From contig JAGCDH010000003.1 of the NCBI GenBank assembly GCA_017651165.1, forward strand, positions 2,654 through 66,653: 64,000 nucleotides of DNA, read 5' to 3'. The translations under genes were made by a program, and so were the position numbers. Position 1 is the first letter of the stretch; every line of letters starts with the position of its first letter. This DNA is from Bacilli bacterium (GTDB taxonomy: Bacteria; Bacillota_I; Bacilli_A; RFN20; CAG-826). The notes beneath the pieces were generated by a model. The model searched no databases. It saw only the letters and a list, made by a program, of their open reading frames with translations, and had not been told where the DNA came from. Shown here piece after piece: positions 29,779 to 38,432 of the stretch.

Positions 29779-30554
29779 GTGGGTTAATCATTTATTCTAG
29801 AATAGACAAAGATAAAAACGCTTGGTTTATTAATAGATGTATAGAAAATCTCACTAAAAAGGGCATCTCTTTAATTTATAAAGACGAAGATGATGTTTTA
29901 GCTTATTTAGAAGACAACAAAATTGATTTCGTCATTTATCGCTCTAGAGATTATCGTTTATTAGAGAAATTAGAAGCAAGAGGCATTAGATGCTTTAATA
30001 ATGCATTAACCAACAAAACCGCTAACAATAAATATCTCTCTTATCTGTTTTTTGTTAAAAATAACATTACATGTATCCCTTCTTTTTTATCCTTTGAAGA
30101 AGTGGGTTCTTTACTTACTATCATGAAGAGTGTTGACGGTCATGGTGGTTCTGAGGTATTTTTGCTTAAAGCAAAAGAAGACGCTATTGCTCACCAAATG
30201 CCTAACAAAACATATATCTATCAACCTTTCTATCAAAATGATGGTGATTTGCGTTTATATGTTCTCAACAAAAAAGTAGTGGGTGCTGTTTTACGTAAAG
30301 GCAATGCAGACTTTAGAAGTAACTTTTCTTTAGGTGGCGATGTGGAAATATATCAGCCAGAAGAAGAACTAATTAAAACCGCGGAATCGATTGCAACATT
30401 ATTGAACGCTGATTATATCGGTGTGGATTTCTTAAAAGTTAATAACAAATGGCTTGCCAATGAAATTGAAGATCCAGTCGGGGCTAGAATGCTCTATAAA
30501 GCTCTAGGAATTGATGCTTCAATTCTTTTGTGTGACTATATCTTTGATTCTTAG
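29772..30554 (+). CDS. RimK-family ATP-grasp ligase, paralog 2
   Basis: Overlaps paralog 1 by 7 nt. GHGGSEVFL, DFRSNFSLGGD, YIGVDFL. Confidence 0.7.
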   Translation: MLSGLIIYSRIDKDKNAWFINRCIENLTKKGISLIYKDEDDVLAYLEDNKIDFVIYRSRDYRLLEKLEARGIRCFNNALTNKTANNKYLSYLFFVKNNITCIPSFLSFEEVGSLLTIMKSVDGHGGSEVFLLKAKEDAIAHQMPNKTYIYQPFYQNDGDLRLYVLNKKVVGAVLRKGNADFRSNFSLGGDVEIYQPEEELIKTAESIATLLNADYIGVDFLKVNNKWLANEIEDPVGARMLYKALGIDASILLCDYIFDS

Positions 30555-30564
30555 AATCAATAAG

Positions 30565-31236
30565 TTAATACAGTTGAAATACACCAATCGTTTGGATAAT
30601 CGTACCTAATAAGACAAAGACATGGAAAATACTATGGCAGTTTTTGTGTGCGTGTCCCAAAGCATAAAGGATTGATCCAACAGTGTACACAAAGCCACCG
30701 ATAAGGATGTATATGAATGCGTGTAACGGGATATATAGCCAAGCGAAGCAGAAAGCGCAGAGCCAACCCATAATTATATATAATATAAAGGATATAATTC
30801 TTGCCGCTTTACTTTTTAAAAAGAAAGCATTTAAGGTAATGCCTATAATAGCCCCAGCCCATTCAACAATAAACATGACGAGACCAAGCGTGGTGTGGTC
30901 CATCATTGAAACACAAACAGGAGTGTATGTTCCAGCGATTAAAAGATAAATGGCGCAGTGGTCAAAGACTCTAAATATTTTCTTCTTGAAAGAAACATTT
31001 TTAAGTCCGTGATAAATACTCGATATTAAATATACCGTCAAAGCGGAAACCGCGAACACTAATAAACCTAACAAATCTTTTAATGAAATCGATGCGTTAG
31101 AAAACTTAACAATGCCAAAGATAGCGATAAAAACCGCTAGGGGTAAACCAAGAAGGTGAGAGATGACATTAAAAATATCTTGCTGACGACCATAACTTGG
31201 GATTTGGATTTCTTCGATGTTGGTTTTAAGTGACAT
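30565..31236 (-). CDS. Hemolysin III / PAQR-family membrane protein
   Basis: 7 TM helices with hemolysin-III-like motifs SHLLG, FDHCAIYLLIAGTYTP and YALGHAHKNCHSIFHVFV. Confidence 0.8.
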   Translation of the reverse strand: MSLKTNIEEIQIPSYGRQQDIFNVISHLLGLPLAVFIAIFGIVKFSNASISLKDLLGLLVFAVSALTVYLISSIYHGLKNVSFKKKIFRVFDHCAIYLLIAGTYTPVCVSMMDHTTLGLVMFIVEWAGAIIGITLNAFFLKSKAARIISFILYIIMGWLCAFCFAWLYIPLHAFIYILIGGFVYTVGSILYALGHAHKNCHSIFHVFVLLGTIIQTIGVFQLY

Positions 31237-31311
31237 AGCTTTCTCTTTTCGCTACTAAGGTATCACTAAGTTTATAAAAGGTCAGTAAACTGAAGTATCA
31301 TTTTTCTCTAT

Positions 31312-31340
31312 TAAAATAAAAAACCACTCTATTAAGTGGT
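31312..31340 (-). terminator. Rho-independent terminator downstream of msrA (minus strand)
   Basis: Minus-strand ACCACT-taatag-AGTGGT followed by TTTTTTATTTT. Confidence 0.6.
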
Positions 31341-31378
31341 AAATTAGGTAGTAGAGTTGTTTTAAGATATAAAATATC

Positions 31379-31888
31379 TTATTTTTGTTTCATTTCTAAG
31401 TGTTCGTTTCTTCCAGACTCTTTTAGTTCTTCTAAAAAGTCTTCAGGATTTTTAAACGAATAGTGTTGATGTTCTTCTTCCGCTTCGATGAAAAACTTGA
31501 ATGGTTCAATGGAAACATGGGCTTCTTCTTTAATTTCTTCTTCAATTTTAGCCTTCTTTTCGAGGAACACTTTTTTCTCTTCTTCGTTTTGATAATAAAG
31601 GGCTAATGAATAAGAATGACCGCGGTCAATCATCTGTCCATCATCGTCTAAAACGTCAACGTAAATGAAATATAGATCGACTAAGCGTTCTAAAGAAATA
31701 GCGTTCTCATCATAGATGATTTCAATGCTTTCACGATGTCCAGTCTTTTGGGCTTTGACATCATAATATGTCGCGTTTCTTTCATCTCCGCCTGAATAAC
31801 CACAGTTGACTTCTTCAACGCCGTCTTGCATTAAAAAGTAATCACCAATGCACCAGAAACAACCACCCGCTAAATAGAGTTTTTTCAT
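31379..31888 (-). CDS. msrA: Peptide methionine-S-sulfoxide reductase MsrA
   Basis: GGCFWC active-site motif at the N-terminus (MKKLYLAGGCFWC). The start codon overlaps the msrC stop codon (ATGA). Confidence 0.85.
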   Translation of the reverse strand: MKKLYLAGGCFWCIGDYFLMQDGVEEVNCGYSGGDERNATYYDVKAQKTGHRESIEIIYDENAISLERLVDLYFIYVDVLDDDGQMIDRGHSYSLALYYQNEEEKKVFLEKKAKIEEEIKEEAHVSIEPFKFFIEAEEEHQHYSFKNPEDFLEELKESGRNEHLEMKQK

Positions 31889-32322
31889 GAGAAGAGCTCC
31901 TTTAATAACTTCGCACATTCCTCTAATAATGTGGCGTCTTCATCATTAAAGCGATTATAAATAGGGGAGTCAATATCAATTAAAGCTTTGACTTCATTAT
32001 CTTTGATAATAGGGACAACGATTTCACTCTTGGAAAGCGTGCTACAAGCGATATGGCCGTCAAATTTATTAACATCATCCACGATGACAGTCTTTTTACT
32101 TCTCGCAGCGTACCCACAGACACCTTTATCAAATGGAATCATCGTACAAGCGGGTTCACCTTGAAATGGTCCTAAATAAAGGCGTTCTCCCATCGCTAAA
32201 TAAAAACCACACCAATTTATATTTGGTAATTGATTTAGCACGCTAGAAGCGTTAGAAAGGTTGCTTACGAGGGGTAACTTGGGGTCAATAAGCTCTTTGA
32301 GTTGCTTTAAGATAACTTTCAT
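31885..32322 (-). CDS. msrC: Free methionine-R-sulfoxide reductase (GAF-domain fRMsr, MsrC)
   Basis: Hallmark fRMsr motifs WCGFYL, LGPFQGEPAC, GVCG and GHIACS...SEIVVPI. 145-aa GAF fold. Confidence 0.8.
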   Translation of the reverse strand: MKVILKQLKELIDPKLPLVSNLSNASSVLNQLPNINWCGFYLAMGERLYLGPFQGEPACTMIPFDKGVCGYAARSKKTVIVDDVNKFDGHIACSTLSKSEIVVPIIKDNEVKALIDIDSPIYNRFNDEDATLLEECAKLLKELFS

Positions 32323-32402
32323 ATTGCTAATATAACCTTATTTATTTATAAATGAAATGGAAATGCTTTGATTTAAGAGCTAACTTATTTATGATATTAA
32401 GC

Positions 32403-32897
32403 ATGAAAAGAATTTTAGTAATCGGTTGTCCAGGAGCGGGTAAGACCTATTTTTCTAAGCAATTAGCGAAGAAACTCTCTTTACCCCTTATTCATATGGA
32501 TAATTTATATTGGCACGAAGATAAAACTTCGATTAGTACTGATGAACTAAAAGAAAAACTTCTTCCTTATTTAGTCAAAGATGAATGGATTATCGATGGT
32601 AATTACCATAAGACCTTAGAAATGCGCTTACCTTACGCCACAGATGTCTTTGTTTTAGATTTACCAAGAACAGAATGCATTCAAGGTATTTTAGACCGCG
32701 TTGATCAACCAAGAGATGATATTCCTTGGATTGAAAGAGAAGATGATGCGACTGAATTAATCGCCTGGACAGCGGATTATGGTTTCCGCACCAAAGACGA
32801 AGAAATGGCCTTGCTAGATAAAAATAAACATCTCCACGTCCACATTATTAAATCTAGACAAGAGATGAATGATTATTTAGAAAAACTAAATAAATAA
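32403..32897 (+). CDS. P-loop NTPase of the adenylate-kinase-like 'topology modulation protein' (FlaR-like) family
   Basis: MKRILVIGCPGAGKT Walker A at the N-terminus. About 165 aa. The track ORF begins earlier at 32352; ATG 32403 is more likely. Confidence 0.55.
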   Translation: MKRILVIGCPGAGKTYFSKQLAKKLSLPLIHMDNLYWHEDKTSISTDELKEKLLPYLVKDEWIIDGNYHKTLEMRLPYATDVFVLDLPRTECIQGILDRVDQPRDDIPWIEREDDATELIAWTADYGFRTKDEEMALLDKNKHLHVHIIKSRQEMNDYLEKLNK

Positions 32898-32898
32898 A

Positions 32899-34086
32899 CT
32901 ATTTAGCTTGATTTTGAGTATTGTCAGCTTCCGCCAATGAGACGTTATCTTTACCTTTTTTCTTCGCGGTACGATTAGCTTTATCAGCCAAGTCTAAAAC
33001 GTGGTTGAAGTTGAAGCTTTCGTCGATTGGTAAAATAACAGCACCGATAGAAACAGTGATATGGAAGTCTGGTTGTTCTTTAAATGTGCACGCGGAAATA
33101 ATCGCGCGGTATTTTTCACCAATACGGATTAAGCGTTCTTCTTCAATATTTTTGAAGCAGATGACGTATTCGTCACCACCCCAACGGCAGACAAAGGCAC
33201 TCTTTTCTTCACTTAAGATATCAGCAATCTTGATTAAAACGACGTTACCAAATAAGTGACCATACATATCGTTAACATTTTTGAATGCGTCAACGTCGAC
33301 AAATAAGCAACCAAGATTTTGATATTGATCTTTGTTATCGTAAATATCTTCAAGATATTTGGCTAATAAGTTTTGGTTGGCAAGACCAGTTAAAGAGTCG
33401 TGCATTGAGACATATTCGTAGTGGTCTGTGAATTCTTTAAGGCGCTTTGCAGCGACACGTCTAACGAGTTCGGCGAAATAACCAAGAACCATTGAGACGA
33501 AATAAATTAAGGTGATACGAATTCTTAAGTTGATGGAGAAGACAGCGATTTGGCCATCAATATAAATAGGAGTGGCGCTCGCTTGTTCTGCAGCATATTT
33601 TCTGAATTCAGCAAGAGGCCACCAGAAGAAAGCAATCATGGCTAAGAAGACAGGAATTGCAGTCACGAAGCCTTCAACTAATCCAAACGTAATGAACGAG
33701 AAAGCTGGAATTAATAAAATCCAAATGTGTAAGAAGCCATCTGGTCCACCGTCATAGCAGAGATAGCCAAAGAAAAGGATGAGCACTGCCATGAAGACAC
33801 GGCGCCATGTATCAGAGTATTTTTTTACAAAAATAGTTAAGAAAAATACTGATAGAGCAATAATGAGAGTGACCGCACTAATGATACCAAAAGTCTTATC
33901 GGTATCTTTGATTAAGTGTGTAACAGTGGAAACGGCCGTAATAGCAGAAAGCAAGAACGAAAGAACACAAACTAAAAATGACTGACGAAATTTGTCATTC
34001 AAAAGACCATTAACGGCTTTATTCCAAATATTCTTGAGATTCATTCGATATATCAACGACCTTTGCCTGTTTATTATACCAACCAT
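32899..34086 (-). CDS. Membrane-anchored diguanylate cyclase (GGDEF-domain protein)
   Basis: About 6 N-terminal TM helices, then a GGDEF domain (DSLTGLAN, VDVDAFKNVND, RWGGDEYVICF). The start is uncertain: Met at 34086 or 34043. Confidence 0.8.
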   Translation of the reverse strand: MVGIINRQRSLIYRMNLKNIWNKAVNGLLNDKFRQSFLVCVLSFLLSAITAVSTVTHLIKDTDKTFGIISAVTLIIALSVFFLTIFVKKYSDTWRRVFMAVLILFFGYLCYDGGPDGFLHIWILLIPAFSFITFGLVEGFVTAIPVFLAMIAFFWWPLAEFRKYAAEQASATPIYIDGQIAVFSINLRIRITLIYFVSMVLGYFAELVRRVAAKRLKEFTDHYEYVSMHDSLTGLANQNLLAKYLEDIYDNKDQYQNLGCLFVDVDAFKNVNDMYGHLFGNVVLIKIADILSEEKSAFVCRWGGDEYVICFKNIEEERLIRIGEKYRAIISACTFKEQPDFHITVSIGAVILPIDESFNFNHVLDLADKANRTAKKKGKDNVSLAEADNTQNQAK

Positions 34087-34128
34087 TTAATAAAAATTAA
34101 ATATTTTTTATTTTCCGCATTTATCTGC

Positions 34129-34186
34129 TTGTAAAAGTAAATAAGTAAAGTATAATTTACAAGGACTATGTAGGCTTAATAAGCCT
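34129..34186 (+). promoter_or_regulatory. Sigma-70-like promoter plus a 16-nt palindrome in the 5'UTR of the ECF S-component gene
   Basis: TTGTAA (34129), 16 nt, TATAAT (34151). The palindrome TAGGCTTAATAAGCCT is at 34171..34186, and the RBS GGGAAG follows. Confidence 0.45.
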
Positions 34187-34199
34187 GATGGGAAGAATT

Positions 34200-34769
34200 A
34201 TGAAAAAGATTACAACTAGACAAATTGTCATTACTGGCCTATTCCTCGCTCTTGAGATCATCTTCCAAGTCATTGGTAATTATTTACAATTTGGACCAGT
34301 AAATATCAATTTATCTTTGATAACAATTGTTTTAGCGGCAGCGATGTGCGGACCGCTTTCCGGCGCGATTGTTGGTTTCTTTAACGGTGTTATGGCGCTA
34401 TTTTCGCCATCGACTTTGGCAATATTTATGCCAATTAGTCCTGTTGGAACCGTTCTAGCGTGCCTCCTCAAATGCACAGTGGCCGGTCTAGTTGTAGGCT
34501 TCATCTTTAACGCTCTTAAAAAGAAACATAAACTTGTGGGTTTATTATTATCTAGCTTCTTAGTTCCTGTTATTAACACAACAATATTCGTGATATTCTG
34601 TCTCATTTTCTTTAGACCATTCTTAGAAAGTGGTGTTGGTGAGACATTCCCAAATATGGGAGCCTTCCTCATCTTCGGTGTTATTGGTTGGAATTTCATC
34701 TTTGAAATCATTACCACGGTTGTTTTATCAACCGCTGTTGGTTTTGTAATTTTAGATAAGCAATCCTAA
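34200..34769 (+). CDS. ECF-type transporter substrate-specific (S) component, substrate unknown
   Basis: About 190 aa with 5-6 TM helices. The N-terminus KKITTRQIVITGLFLALEIIF is typical of ECF S-components. No ecfA or ecfT lies adjacent. Confidence 0.5.
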   Translation: MKKITTRQIVITGLFLALEIIFQVIGNYLQFGPVNINLSLITIVLAAAMCGPLSGAIVGFFNGVMALFSPSTLAIFMPISPVGTVLACLLKCTVAGLVVGFIFNALKKKHKLVGLLLSSFLVPVINTTIFVIFCLIFFRPFLESGVGETFPNMGAFLIFGVIGWNFIFEIITTVVLSTAVGFVILDKQS

Positions 34770-34813
34770 GATAACTTCTTCCTTTTATAAAATAAAAAAG
34801 CTATCATTAATAT

Positions 34814-36055
34814 ATGCAAAAACCATTAGCGGACCTCTTGCGTCCTCAATCTTTAGACGATATGGTTGGACAAAGCCATCTTTTAAAAGAAGGTTCTGTT
34901 TTTCGTTCTAGTTTAGATTCTGGCAAGGTCAATAACATGATCTTTTATGGTCCTCCTGGAGTGGGCAAAACTACAGTGGCCAATATCATCGCTAAGAATT
35001 CCAATCTTTCGTTATATAAATTAAACGGCACAAGTTGTTCCACAGATGATATCAAAAGTGTCATCAAAGAAGTTGATAGTTTATTAAATACCAAGGGTAT
35101 ATTGTTATATTTGGATGAAATCCAATACTTAAACAAGAAACAGCAACAATCTCTTTTAGAGTTTGTGGAATCAGGTGATATTACCTTAATTGCTTCTACA
35201 ACAGAGAACCCATATTTTTATATTTATCCAGCGCTTTTATCGCGTTGTACTGTATTTGAATTCAAAGCGTTACAAATCGACGATATTAAAGAGGGCTTAT
35301 TAAAAGCCACTAAATATTTAGACATTGAAATCAAAGATGATGCATTAGAACAATTAGCAACGGCCAGCAATGGTGATATGCGTAAAGCGCTCAACAATCT
35401 CGATTTCTTAAACAATTCTTTGAAAAAGAATAAGGTCATTGATAGTGACCTAGTTTCCGCTTTTATTGATAAAGCGCATATTGCCTATGATCGCAGTGAA
35501 GACAAACACTTTGATACATTAAGCGCCTTCATGAAATCATTAAGAGGCAGTGATCCAGATGCCGCAATCTTCTATTTGGCCAAATTATTAGAGGGTGGCG
35601 ACATAATCGCCGCATCGCGTAGGCTCTTATGTTCTGCATCTGAAGACGTAGGCCTTGCGTACCCACAAATCATACCTATCGTGAAAGCATGCGTTGATAG
35701 TGCGCTCCAACTCGGTTTACCTGAGGCGCGCTTACCACTCGCAAATGCGACAATTCTAATCGCGACTGCGCCTAAGAGCAACGCTGCGTATTTAGCGATA
35801 AATGATGCGATGCAAGATGTGGAAATAGGCAAGGGCTTGAATACCCCAAGGCAATTACAAAACACCCACTTTGATGGAGCGGATGCGAAGGTTAAAGGAC
35901 AGCATTATTTATATCCACATGACTATCCAAATCACTATGTCAAACAACAATATTTACCTGACGATGTGAAGAAGAGAAGATACTACCAATATCAGGAGAA
36001 TAAATATGAGCAATCCCTTAAAGAATATTGGGAAAAAATCAAGAAAGGAAAATAG
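34814..36055 (+). CDS. rarA: Replication-associated recombination protein A (AAA+ ATPase RarA/MgsA)
   Basis: MVGQSHLL...IFYGPPGVGKTT Walker A, LLYLDEIQYLNK Walker B, and C-terminal MgsA helical domains. Confidence 0.85.
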   Translation: MQKPLADLLRPQSLDDMVGQSHLLKEGSVFRSSLDSGKVNNMIFYGPPGVGKTTVANIIAKNSNLSLYKLNGTSCSTDDIKSVIKEVDSLLNTKGILLYLDEIQYLNKKQQQSLLEFVESGDITLIASTTENPYFYIYPALLSRCTVFEFKALQIDDIKEGLLKATKYLDIEIKDDALEQLATASNGDMRKALNNLDFLNNSLKKNKVIDSDLVSAFIDKAHIAYDRSEDKHFDTLSAFMKSLRGSDPDAAIFYLAKLLEGGDIIAASRRLLCSASEDVGLAYPQIIPIVKACVDSALQLGLPEARLPLANATILIATAPKSNAAYLAINDAMQDVEIGKGLNTPRQLQNTHFDGADAKVKGQHYLYPHDYPNHYVKQQYLPDDVKKRRYYQYQENKYEQSLKEYWEKIKKGK

Positions 36056-36107
36056 TGTAATTAAATTAGTTCTACTAGTTAACTACTAATATCACACTTT
36101 TATAAAT

Positions 36108-37022
36108 ATGGATTCATTAAAGACTTTGATGGACAGAAAGCAATACGATTTAGTCATCAAACTGACCGAAAGCAGCAATGACTCTCTTTCGTTATTCTAT
36201 CGCATCAGCGCCCTTCTTGCGGTAGGTCAAAGCAAAGAAGCTTTAAATGTCATTAATGATCATCGTGGTGTTCTCCAATCCAGACTCTCTTTGTTGGTGA
36301 AAATCCACATCGAAATTCTTTGCCTTCTTGAGATGTTTGATGAGGCCTATATTCAACTCAGTTATTATGAAGAATTGCCTTATGAGAGCCAGGAAGTCGA
36401 AGAAATACTCAAGGCTATGAAGGATTATATCCGTAAGGAAGAAAAGAATGCTTATAAAAAACACTCTTTGAGTGAAGATGAAATACTCGCTAAACTAATG
36501 AGCAAAAATGACGACGAAGTTCTCGCTGCGCTTGATTCATTAAAGAATCAGAAACTAGATAATTACCTTTTAGCCCTCTTCAAGATTATGCGCTCTTACC
36601 CGAAACAAGTGGTTAGAACATTCGCCTTACTTCTTTTAGTCAATGAAAAATACGATAAGGAGATTGACTTTTTATATCATGATCAGTTGATCAAAGTCGT
36701 CCCATCTTCTTTAGAAGAACCATTCCTAGTTAAAGGCTTTAAGAACCTTGAAGATTTATCATATGCTTTTCAAAGCATGTATCATGATCCAAGCATCGCG
36801 TTAAACGCTATGCAAATTATCTCTTCTTATCTTTTATATAATTATCCGCGTCATATTGATATGACCGCTGATGAAGTCCTCGTTGTCTTTGGCTTTTTAG
36901 CGAAGAGGCTATTACAAGTTAACACTGACGATTTAAAACAAGTATGCGAATCTAAAGGTTTAGATTATCCTAAGATTAGTGAAACAATTAATACTATTAA
37001 TGAAGATTTGAAAAACTTCTAA
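36108..37022 (+). CDS. Hypothetical alpha-helical protein
   Basis: 304-aa ORF with good coding appearance and no recognisable motif. Confidence 0.4.
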   Translation: MDSLKTLMDRKQYDLVIKLTESSNDSLSLFYRISALLAVGQSKEALNVINDHRGVLQSRLSLLVKIHIEILCLLEMFDEAYIQLSYYEELPYESQEVEEILKAMKDYIRKEEKNAYKKHSLSEDEILAKLMSKNDDEVLAALDSLKNQKLDNYLLALFKIMRSYPKQVVRTFALLLLVNEKYDKEIDFLYHDQLIKVVPSSLEEPFLVKGFKNLEDLSYAFQSMYHDPSIALNAMQIISSYLLYNYPRHIDMTADEVLVVFGFLAKRLLQVNTDDLKQVCESKGLDYPKISETINTINEDLKNF

Positions 37023-37130
37023 TCCTCATTTGTACAACTTCATGTTTATTTAGGCATTTTTCTTGTCTTTTTTCGTGTACACATGATATATTTATTCACG
37101 CACGTAATTTGAAAGGACATAAATCACAAC

Positions 37131-38408
37131 ATGGAAAGAAAAGTTACTAAATTAGAACATTGCCATACTGAAGTATTGGTCAACGTTGATAAAGACCTTT
37201 GGAAAAAGGCCCAAGACAAAGCTTTCAATAAGCTTGCCGCCAACGTCACCGTTCCTGGCTTCCGTAAAGGTAAAGCCCCAATCAATATGGTCAAAGGTCG
37301 CGTTGATCAAATGAAAGTGTTTAACGAAGCGATCAACAATGTTTTAGATCCCGTTTATCAAGAAATTTTAAAAGAAGAAAAGATTCAACCAGTCGCCAGA
37401 CCATCTTTTGATATTACCAAGTTAAGCGAAGATGAATTAGAAGTGAAAGTGACTTTAGTCACTGCTCCAGAAGTCGAACTCGGTAAATACAAAGACCTCG
37501 AAGTCGGCAAAAAGAAAGCCACAGTGAGTGAAAAGGATGTTGAAGAATCCATTAACGCTCTCCGTAAGCAATACGCTACCATTGCCCCAAAAGATGGCCA
37601 AGCCGAACTCGGTGATATCGTTGTCATCGATTTTGAAGGCAGCATTGATGGTGAAGCCTTTGAAGGTGGCAAAGCCGAAAACCACGAATTAGAATTAGGC
37701 TCCCATACCTTCATCGAAAATTTTGAAGATCAATTAGTCGGTAGTTCTGCTGGTATCGAAGTGGATGTTAAAGTCACCTTCCCTAAAGATTATGTCGCCG
37801 TTGAACTCGCTGGTAAAGAAGCTGTCTTCCACGTCAAAGTTAACGAAGTTAAACAAAAGATTTTACCTGAATTAAACGAAGAATTCATCAAAGATCTCAA
37901 CATCAAAGATGTCACTAACATAGAAGAATTAAAGAACAACCGCAAAGAAGCTCTCAAAAAGCAAAAAGAAAACGCCTTAAAGCGTGAATATCTCGATAAA
38001 GTTATCGATGAAATCAGAAAAGATAGCAAATTCGAAATCGCTGAAGAACTCATCAATGAAGAAATCGAAGGACGTAAAAAAGATTTAGATAGCAGATTAC
38101 AACAATCCGGTATCAATCTTGAACAATATAAAGAACTCACCAAGATGAGTGATGAAGCTCTGACAGAACAATTAAGAGGCGAAGCCCAAAAAGGCTTAGA
38201 ATCCTTCTTAGTCATGGATAATGTGAGAAGCAAAGAAAACATCACCTTAACCGATGAAGAATTTGAATTTGAACTCGCTAAGATGGCGGAACAATACAAT
38301 ATGACCATCGATCAAATCAAATCCGCTTTAGGTCAACAACTCGGTCAATTCCGTAACAATTTGTTAATGAGAAGTATCGAGGATTTCCTCTATAACAACA
38401 ATAAGTAA
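37131..38408 (+). CDS. tig: Trigger factor
   Basis: GFRKGKAP ribosome-binding signature, a central PPIase domain, and synteny with lon. Confidence 0.9.
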   Translation: MERKVTKLEHCHTEVLVNVDKDLWKKAQDKAFNKLAANVTVPGFRKGKAPINMVKGRVDQMKVFNEAINNVLDPVYQEILKEEKIQPVARPSFDITKLSEDELEVKVTLVTAPEVELGKYKDLEVGKKKATVSEKDVEESINALRKQYATIAPKDGQAELGDIVVIDFEGSIDGEAFEGGKAENHELELGSHTFIENFEDQLVGSSAGIEVDVKVTFPKDYVAVELAGKEAVFHVKVNEVKQKILPELNEEFIKDLNIKDVTNIEELKNNRKEALKKQKENALKREYLDKVIDEIRKDSKFEIAEELINEEIEGRKKDLDSRLQQSGINLEQYKELTKMSDEALTEQLRGEAQKGLESFLVMDNVRSKENITLTDEEFEFELAKMAEQYNMTIDQIKSALGQQLGQFRNNLLMRSIEDFLYNNNK

Positions 38409-38432
38409 TTAAAAATTTAGGAGGTCAAACTT

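Noticed and set aside
34160-34199. preQ1-I riboswitch in front of the ECF S-component
   Set aside because: The size is compatible, but the 3' tail after the hairpin is not A-rich and the loop lacks the conserved preQ1-I nucleotides. It is more likely an operator or a simple hairpin.
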